A stretch of 64,000 nt of DNA from NCBI GenBank assembly GCA_951406725.2, contig OX597828.1:31310001-31374000 (forward strand), written 5' to 3'. Shown piece by piece: positions 55,432 through 64,000 of the stretch. The position numbers were made by a program, and so were the translations under genes. How positions within the stretch are numbered: position 1 is the first letter of the stretch; each line of letters starts with the position of its first letter. This stretch comes from Octopus vulgaris (taxonomy: Eukaryota). The notes under the pieces were generated by a model. The model was given only the letters and a program-made list of their open reading frames with translations, was not told where the DNA came from and did no database searches.

Positions 55432-55768
55432 TCTTTCATCGTTTCAGTCATCCGCGGCCATGTTGGAGCTTTGCCTAGAAGAGATTTTGTCGAACAAATC
55501 GTCGCCTGGAATTTTTTAAATCCTGATACTTATTCTACCAGAGGTGTCAAGTGTTGTCGGGGATACACACATTCACAGCAAGCAAGAACGCACGCACCCG
55601 CGCACACAAATTCATAGGACGTAATTATTTCAGTTTCCTTCTGCCATATCCACTCAAGAATTTGATCGCGCCGAGGCCATAGAGGAACACACATGCCCAA
55701 GTTGCCACGCAGTGGGACTGAACCCGAAATCATATGGTTAGAAAGCAAGCTTCTTACCACATAGCCAC
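55432..55768 (-). mobile_element. Diverged SINE family B copy
   Basis: tgccacgcagtgggactgaacccgaaa...cttaccaca head, with tail similarity to 5444-5852. Confidence 0.8.
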
Positions 55769-56172
55769 GTGTGTCTCTGTGTATTTATGCATACAGGCTT
55801 TTATGTAGTTTAAACAAATTACATTAAATATATAGGAATAAAGAACATGAAAAAAATATTTGTTCATATTCGGGGAAGTATTCTCTAAAGTCAACTTGAG
55901 TTTTAAATAGTTATATGATTTAATTTTTACTTACTTGAAATAGAATTTATTGCTATTAAAGTGAAATAAATTATTGCCTACAATCTCACTGAATGACAGA
56001 AGTGCAAGATCTAAATGCTTCTTAATTCAAAATGATAGTTATTATGTATATGAAATGTTGAAAATACGCAGAATTTGAAATATGGCTCGCAAAATTGTGT
56101 TAATAGTTTTATTTATATATCAAACTATGAAGGACAATCAACTATATCCTGTTAAGTTGCTGATGTGTCACT

Positions 56173-56383
56173 CACGAGGGAATGCTGAAATGCTCCCGGC
56201 ATCGAGGAAAGCCTGATTGGGGGTCCAACATTCCGAATTATTTTGTAGGGTTTCGAAAAAGTGACGGACCGCTGCAATACGTGTGTGAATCTAAGAGGGT
56301 AATATGTTGAATAAAATTATATCTAATTCATTCTCCTGTATATCTTTTTAATCAAAGATAGGAAATTTCCAGCACTCCCCCAT
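56173..56383 (+). mobile_element. Internally deleted mariner (MITE-like)
   Basis: Imperfect TIRs acgagggaatgctgaaatg and atttccagcactcccccata. Internal FEKVTDRCNTCVNLRG*YVE* matches the mariner transposase C-terminus (RWxKCVxxxGxYVE*). Confidence 0.75.
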
Positions 56384-56889
56384 AGTATATTGGTAGAGTT
56401 AAGGAACATCCTATACGACCTTAATACTGTAGATCCAATACTAAAATCTCTTCTAATACGATTTCACTGCTAAAGTCAGAACAGATAATACCTATTAAAG
56501 AACAGCTTACATTGTGTACTCATTTGGCTGGTAACATAAAACCTTGAAATTTTCATGCATAGTTTAAACATACAAATTAGCTTTTGTGTTCAACGCGTAT
56601 TTTGGAAATAGATTCCATTGCATATTGTCACCATTCTCTGAGTTTCTTTTCCACTGTAGTTAAACGCAACAAGTTATCAGTGTGACACTGAGACTTGTAA
56701 GGATATGTTGCATCTATATTCGTTAAAGAAATATAGCGATTAAAGCAAGTAGGAAACATTTACATACCTAAACGATCTCATACGCTAAACGAAATGCATC
56801 AGACATTATTTTCTTTGACGTAAATGCAAATATTAAACATTCCATATAAAATTCGAGAGGGACTATTAACATAGTCCTTGTAGTGGGGA

Positions 56890-57032
56890 CACTCTCCTAC
56901 CCTGATGTAATCTCCAGGGATACAGGCGTCCAGCAACAGGACCTCCCTAATATCATGATGGACCGTGAAGTCTGGCGTAGCATGGTAAATTCCATTATCT
57001 CGACCACGGTCGAACAATGATGATGATGATGA
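56890..57032 (+). mobile_element. 5'-truncated RTE-type LINE 3' end with target-site duplication
   Basis: SYPDVISRDTGVQQQDLPNIMMDREVWRSMVNSIISTTVEQ* then a (TGA)n tail, flanked by a perfect 11-bp TSD tgtagtgggga (56879-56889 and 57033-57043). Confidence 0.9.
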
Positions 57033-58065
57033 TGTAGTGGGGATCAGATATTTTGTTGATGCTTAGTTCTATGGCAGACCGTTAACTACAGGCATATTTG
57101 CATGATCATTTCATGTTATTGCGCCATATAAAATCCTGCTTTTAGTGTGAGTATCCTACGGATTGGAAGACGCTTTTGTGAGATTTCCTAGGAATGCGCT
57201 GCTATTTCTATCGGAATGAAGGCCCTTTCATCGCGTATGCATGCTGACTGCATGTATTGTTAGAGACACGGATCACACGTATTTATTAATATTAAATTAT
57301 ATTACGTATCTGAGAAAGAATTCTAACAAGCAATTTGTAATTAACTGCCTTATATATACCATGTAAGTACAATTGTAAGCATGACACATCGAGCTCTATA
57401 TTTTATATACTCAGATAATTCCAATTGCAAGCTTGGCAAGATTGTTGTATATGCTGACGATTAATTGCACATTGTCGTGATCGATGCCTATTTAAATTTT
57501 GTTTTCGATAGTCTTAAAACAACACCGCATAATCTTTATTTAGTATCATCACAGAAACTTGCTATAAATTACATTCCAGTCATATTTTTCGTTTTTTGTC
57601 TGTTTGCTGTACATTGAGTGTTTCCTAAATTGCTTCATATACATTATTATTATTATTTTTTTTTTTTTGCTAAGAAAACTGAAAATCGATTTAGTGACTT
57701 CTGCTTGTAATCACTATAGAGTTTTTAGTTGAACCTACGTTATTCTAATTTTCTTATAGAAAAATCACAAGTACTTAATTCAGCACTATAGCTTCACTCG
57801 ACCCTCGAATGTACTGCTATTGTTTCATATATATATAAGTTATCTTTTATTCGTTTCTGTCATTAGACTGCTTATGGAAATTACTTACTTAGGTATTGTT
57901 TCGTTTTCGTCAGAGGAAATATAATTAGGCGTGGATAATGCATAGATATGGGACTCTAGCTTTGGGATTTCCTGTGGCATATGAGTGTTTATGCGCATAC
58001 TCTCACACATATATATATATATATATGTACGTACATATAAACAACACACACACACACACACACAC

Positions 58066-58119
<54 letters not shown>

Positions 58120-58777
58120 GTGTGTGTAGTGCTAGAGAGGGTGAGAGAGAGAAATACACACACAAAAACTTAATCCATATCCACGGTTTTTATGCATTTG
58201 GTACTTCACACACACATACACATACAGACACACACACAATGCGTACAAACACCAACACTGCCACCCAAACACATACCCACGCAAACACACAAAGACGCAC
58301 TTATTCACCGGTCTGGTTTCTGTTGGCAATCACACATTTATATTCCATCAGGTTCCTGTCTAGCCATGCAGAGAAATTCCACACACATACACACATACAT
58401 ACATACATACATACATACATACATACATGCATACATATATACATGCATACATATATACAAACATGCATTCCTACATACATGCATACATACATACATACAT
58501 ATCATGGATTGACTGTTACTTTCTCCGATGCAGCACGGAATTTTGTCAGTGAACAGATCGTGGTTTCATAGTGACGAAATTATTTTCACAAATTCAATTT
58601 AAATTGAAGTGAATCTAACGGTTTAAAGTGGCTTATAAACATCTTCCACGCTGGAATTGTTGCTTCAGCACACGATCTCAGATCACGACACTTACTATGC
58701 AAGTACATCTCCATATGTATGTATGAGTGTATTTATTTATATATATATATAAAAATAAATACATACACACACAGATA

Positions 58778-58848
<71 letters not shown>

Positions 58849-60152
58849 ATGGGAACTACGGCCGGAGAAAACCTAATGCTGATAATGTTAATATGAAAAA
58901 AGACGTATATATAAATAATTGAGAAACTACACCATGAACATTATATCGTATGATCATCACATTTTCCACAGCTACTAATATTCCTCGGAAATTCTATGTT
59001 CCATTGGGTAAATAGTTCCCACCTTTGAAGTATGTATGGGAAATTCTTTAATCTCCATACAATAAAGTTTTCGTATTAAATACCAAGAAATTTAGTTGAA
59101 ATTATAGCAGCGCATACCACAGTTAATATTATGTAGTATATGAACTTTGTACGCACGTGTAGCACCGTTAGTAGGAATTGTAAAATTAACTAATATGATA
59201 ATTTTACTGAACTAGATTTTGATAGAATACTAAGCCCATAGTAATTCCGACTGTGATAATATCTTTGAGATAACACATGGTAATAATATTAATTACAATA
59301 CTGATAATAATCCTTTATTAACACCGTCTTCTGAGACGTGAATTCATATTAATTCCTGTAACCATGAGTACCACACAGATATGAATACATACCTTGTAAT
59401 TCCAATAGTATAATCACCTTCCTCTTAGAAAATCAGTGTTTAAGGGAAAATATAGGGAACATATAGTGTATCAATGCAAGGTCGTAGATATTATCACTTA
59501 GTTTCGTCTGATACATTTTGGAAATTTAGATTACATAATCATTCTCAAGCATTTAAATATTAGAGAAAATGTAATATTTGGACATGTTTATGTGATATCA
59601 AAGTCAGGAGCTTTAACTATGCGTTATAGTGGTCCGTTCTTATTTACACACAATCATAAAACACTGAGTTTTTCCATGTGAGTTTTGCTTTGAGGAAATA
59701 TATAATATAATTACTTATAAGTTGGTAATATTGAATTGGAAAGATAATTTTACATTGAAATGTTCTCGCTAATAATAGAAATTATTTCAACACTAAGTAA
59801 CCCATTAATTATAATTCCTTTCCATAGATCAAAACTATTCAGTAAATTTAATAGAGAGATAACTAATTGCCATGTGGTAGAATTTCTATGTTTATTTATC
59901 ATTCTTTCGTTATCTTCTGACGTCGTCAAATGTTACTACATACTAACTTTCCTTAGAACATTAAATCTCTTCTTAGCGTACTTTTTGTATTCGTTCATTT
60001 ATCAGAGATATTTAAATTTAACCAATTTTGGATTACTTTATTAATTTTGTTGGCATATACTAATTTGTCTGGTATTTTATAATTGCTTTTCTGTATCTAA
60101 AATACGTTGGAACAATAAAAACAACCGTTGGAAATGTAAGTATTCGTGTGTC

Positions 60153-60196
<44 letters not shown>

Positions 60197-60418
60197 TCAA
60201 TATAGGGTGGCAAAAAAAATTTTGTAGAATTCTTTTGCCACCAGCGGCCTAGTAGGAAAAAATTAAAATAGTCATAGACCATTTTTAAGTTCAACATCAA
60301 CAATAAAGGAACGGCCATAATAGGCCATTCACCCACTAGAAATAACAGCCGAAGCTTCAACCGCAAATAAAAGTTAATTCAGTAAACCAGGAGAAAATTT
60401 AAAAACATTTACCCTGTA

Positions 60419-60525
60419 ATTTCTTATACGATATACCGTTTCATCTGCTGATTAATGGTAAACTAACCTGATTAAATTAAATCAAGCCAATCTTCCACAG
60501 GCCCTCAGATTCTTCAGTAAGAAAT
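60419..60525 (-). ncRNA. Complete type I hammerhead ribozyme (left copy)
   Basis: Reverse complement of 61054-61160, with one difference inside the stem II extension. Confidence 0.9.
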
Positions 60526-61053
60526 AGCCCAAGACGGAACAGATATTTTCACGAGGCATTTCCGACGTTGCCAAGTTTATATCTGACCTAAAATTTTCAA
60601 ATCGTCGCACTCGCGCCAAATTTATCGGCAGCAAATAAATATAAGCCGTCGATTCCATTACGGAATTAACCAGAAAATTCATAATTAATCAATATAGGGT
60701 GGCAAAAAAAATTTTGTAGAATTCTTTTGCCACCAGCGGCCTAGTAGGAAAAAAATGAATGGCCTATTATGGCCGTTCCTTTATTGTTGATGTTGAACTT
60801 AAAAATGGTCTATGACTATTTTAATTTTTTCCTACTAGGCCGCTGGTGGCAAAAGAATTCTACAAAATTTTTTTTGCCACCCTATATTGATTAATTATGA
60901 ATTTTCTGGTTAATTCCGTAATGGAATCGACGGCTTATATTTATTTGCTGCCGATAAATTTGGCGCGAGTGCGACGATTTGAAAATTTTAGGTCAGATAT
61001 AAACTTGGCAACGTCGGAAATGCCTCGTGAAAATATCTGTTCCGTCTTGGGCT

Positions 61054-61160
61054 ATTTCTTACTGAAGAATCTGAGGGCCTGTGGAAGATTGGCTTCATTT
61101 AATTTAATCAGGTTAGTTTACCATTAATCAGCAGATGAAACGGTATATCGTATAAGAAAT
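61054..61160 (+). ncRNA. Complete type I hammerhead ribozyme (right copy) with extended stem II
   Basis: AUUUCUUA-CUGAAGA-AUCUG-[58 nt]-CAGAU-GAAA-CGGUAUAUCG-UA^UAAGAAAU. 8-bp stem I, 5-bp stem II base, near-palindromic stem III, GUA triplet; predicted cut after 61152. Confidence 0.9.
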
Positions 61161-61279
61161 TACAGGGTAAATGTTTTAAAATTTTCTCCTGGTTTACTGA
61201 ATTAACTTTTATTTGCGGTTGAAGCTTCGGCTGTTATTTCTAGTGGGTGAATGGCCTATTATGGCCGTTCCTTTATTGT

Positions 61280-61341
<62 letters not shown>

Positions 61342-61363
61342 ATTTATGTGCTATCTGCGTATA

Positions 61364-61420
61364 TTCCACTGATGAAGGCAAGGCATTTCTTATGCAGTGA
61401 CAGAAATCCGGGATCTGGAA
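61364..61420 (+). ncRNA. Type I hammerhead ribozyme of an older neighbouring element
   Basis: UUCCA-CUGAUGA-A-GGCA-AG-GCAU(UUCUU)AUGC-AG-UGAC-A-GAAA-UCCGGGA-UC^UGGAA. Stem I is UUCCA/UGGAA, the triplet is AUC, and the stem II base has one mismatch. Confidence 0.75.
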
Positions 61421-61646
61421 TTAACCAGTAAATTTTTGGCTAGTTTATTTTGTTTCTTTGTCTTCTCTTCTGGTTCTGTATGAACATTTAATGTGGTTTT
61501 TGAGTCAAGTGTTGGCTGTTATATCTAGCATGTTGATATCTCTTAGATACCCTTAATTATAATTCTAATAATGATTATTACCTCTTATTCCCAAGCTGGC
61601 CATCTGATAAGATCGGTATTTTAAATAACGAAATTATCCACAGAAT

Positions 61647-61831
61647 ATCTGACGTTAAGAGCGTAAAAGTGGATAAAAGAGAAACTTGGCGAGCAAAGGT
61701 CAAAGAGGGAGAGAGAGGGGGAAAGAGGAAGACAGGAAGGAAAGTAATGGGAGAGAGAAATCTATCTATCTATCTGTCTATCTATATATACATATATATA
61801 TATGTATTTATTATTTATATAATACATATAC

Positions 61832-61894
<63 letters not shown>

Positions 61895-62757
61895 CATACA
61901 TACATATATACATACATACATGTATATTGGTAGTTATACACATAGTTGTCTTATATTGTCATTTATGTTGCAGGGTATATAATATTTCTAGAAACCCCAT
62001 GCATGCATTTCCTTAAAATTGCTGTGGTTGAAATCTGACATCCAGAGCTTAACAGGATTATAACAAAGAACAATTGTAACTTATTAAAGGAATAACAGAG
62101 TTTTATATTTCACTATGCATACACCGACTTTTTTTTTATTAAATTATAATCATATAGCATTCTAGATGCATATCTTTCGGATGAAAATGAGGGTGTTTAC
62201 AATACTTCTAAATGATAGTGAAAATAAATCGACTCCATTCATGTGGCATCCAGTTTAGAAATTTATCACAGCTGCACGCTAACGTCATTTATTATCGTAT
62301 CTCACTACATCAGTATTCACCAATGATATTTCCCACATTACTTTATTTCATCCAGGATGCGAAACGTGAAGATGAGAAATTCACTGAGAGTGAAATAGAG
62401 AGTTACTATTTGAAAATAATGATCAAAGAGGATTGCAAAATATCGCGGGCTTTCGCACTGAAATGGAAGACATATCTCTTGATATTGATGACAAATAATT
62501 CCGATGCTTCCAGAGCAACCATGAATCGAGCAATCTATAATCATCTTAATGCATTTCTCCGCAAAAAATTATCCCTTGCATCATCTTTTCCAACTTTTAA
62601 GCATAAAAGCACAGCCGGACATATACACAAGACAACCATGCAGGTAAACACACGCACACACACAAGCACACATACAAACACACACATACACACACAAATG
62701 CATGCACACGCACACACCTATACAAACACCCATACACGCATGCATACATACACAGGT

Positions 62758-62789
<32 letters not shown>

Positions 62790-63345
62790 CCCGCTTAACA
62801 ATCTAACATAAACTACGCAAAGTAGTATATACCAAATCACTAACAAAATGTGATTAACTTCATTGTACGCCATTTAATTCCGAGCGACACAGAATTTCGA
62901 TATGGGTAGACGTACATAATCCACCACACATACGCGCAAGCGTCATGTTGTTGCCAATAGGCTGTGATACGGAGTATTATGGATTATTCTCTGGAAGCGC
63001 CTGTTGTTAAAACACCTGAAAGACATGAGCAGGGGAGACAACTCAGCCCAAATTCCATTCAGTGGTGAGGGACATTTCATCCAATATACTCAGAATAAAC
63101 TGACGAGCTACTAATAGATTTCGGGGCTGGAGACACGCGTTTAGGCCTTTGTCTTTAAGACGTGTTGTGTCTCCATCCAACTTCAGTTTCTCAACAACTT
63201 TTTACAAAGATTCAAGAGCCAAAAAACCTAAATAAACTCGTGCCTTTGATGCAAGGAATTATTTGTAGCTCATATATTTATACTTTTTTACATTAAAACA
63301 TGTATCTCTCACTGACTGGAGTGCTTGTTGACCGTGTCCTAACAG

Positions 63346-63421
<76 letters not shown>

Positions 63422-63768
63422 ATCTCCCTATTTCTCTCTCTCCCTGTCTTTTTATGGCACCAATAATGGATCTTAATTTCCAATGTGAAAATTTTCTTGT
63501 CATCCGCATGTTAGCATTTCTAGTTTCTACTTTGAACATCAACGATTCTGGTACCAAATACTTCATGTCTTACATTTTCACTGCTTCTTGTCGATTCATT
63601 CCACGTGCACAAGGCCTCTATAAGTTCTTCACTCTCCAGAGAAGACTTAATATCTTACGTTAAGAATGGAAGATTGGATAAAAGAGACACTTGGGGAGCA
63701 AAGGTCAAACAGAGGGAGATAGAGGGGGTAAGAGGAGGACAGGAAGGAGAGTGATGGGAGAGCGAAAT
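61647..63768 (+). repeat. Pair of diverged ~115-bp purine-rich direct repeats (61647-61760 and 63652-63768)
   Basis: Shared acgttaaga...tggataaaagaga.acttgg.gagcaaaggtcaaa...gacaggaagga.agt.atgggagag.gaaat. Confidence 0.8.
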
Positions 63769-64000
63769 GGTAGTTTGTTGTGAGTCAGGAGAGAAGAGGC
63801 GAGGAGGGAGAAAGGAGAAATACGGAAGACAAAGCTGCGAAATTAAATGTACTGTGAAGGAGGAGTTTGAGGTAAAGAGGTGTGTGGAGAGAGAGCGAGA
63901 GAGAGAGAGAGAGAGAAAGGGAGAGAGAGAGAGAAGCACGCTTTGGGAAATCTACAAATATTTAGAATTATAATTGATCGCAATAAGCCCCTGAGCGAAA

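Larger units (their letters stand above)
60191..61283. mobile_element. Young retrozyme-like element: 492-bp HHR-bearing unit in tandem-then-inverted arrangement
   Basis: Unit 60191-60682 plus a repeat of its first ~72 bp (60683-60755). 60756-61283 is the reverse complement of 60331->60191 continuing seamlessly into 60682->60296. (TA)n lies on both flanks. Confidence 0.9.

Noticed and set aside
60482-61127. Duplicated 66/76-aa ORF MNFLVNSVMESTAY... on opposite strands
   Set aside because: It is a by-product of the inverted repeat. There is no recognisable domain, the stop differs between copies, and it overlaps the ribozyme.
62212-62811. Longest ORF (199 aa)
   Set aside because: The C-terminal quarter is CA-repeat sequence and no domain is recognised; not accepted as a single-exon gene.
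63100-63130. CUGACGA motif
   Set aside because: No GAAA or stem III downstream.

Overview
Eukaryotic, strongly AT-rich, microsatellite-saturated DNA. The SINE families and (TA)n/(CA)n/(ATCT)n/(AAT)n density point to an octopus (cephalopod) genome; this is inference from recalled repeat families. Almost all ORFs in the supplied track are microsatellite or transposon-decay artefacts. The window is mostly intron or intergenic sequence holding decayed LINEs (CR1-type, RTE-type), two Penelope-like (PLE) remnants, Tc1/mariner remnants, a non-autonomous Helitron and many tRNA-derived SINEs. Two minus-strand exons (11528-11631 and 2462-2686) splice in frame into a sorting-nexin C-terminal (Nexin_C)-like peptide. 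The main signal is a dense, multi-family set of type I hammerhead ribozyme (HHR) elements. The best case is a very young, non-coding 492-bp unit at 60191-61283 that carries a complete HHR and is read through its own end-to-start junction in both orientations, as expected for a retrozyme copied from a circular or multimeric RNA. Also present are a second ~496-bp HHR unit (54509-55026), stand-alone complete HHRs (36280-36322, 61364-61420) and a tRNA-headed SINE carrying an HHR. Four HHR-element pairs share the same divergent head-to-head geometry. All structures were folded and aligned by eye; no database searches were run.
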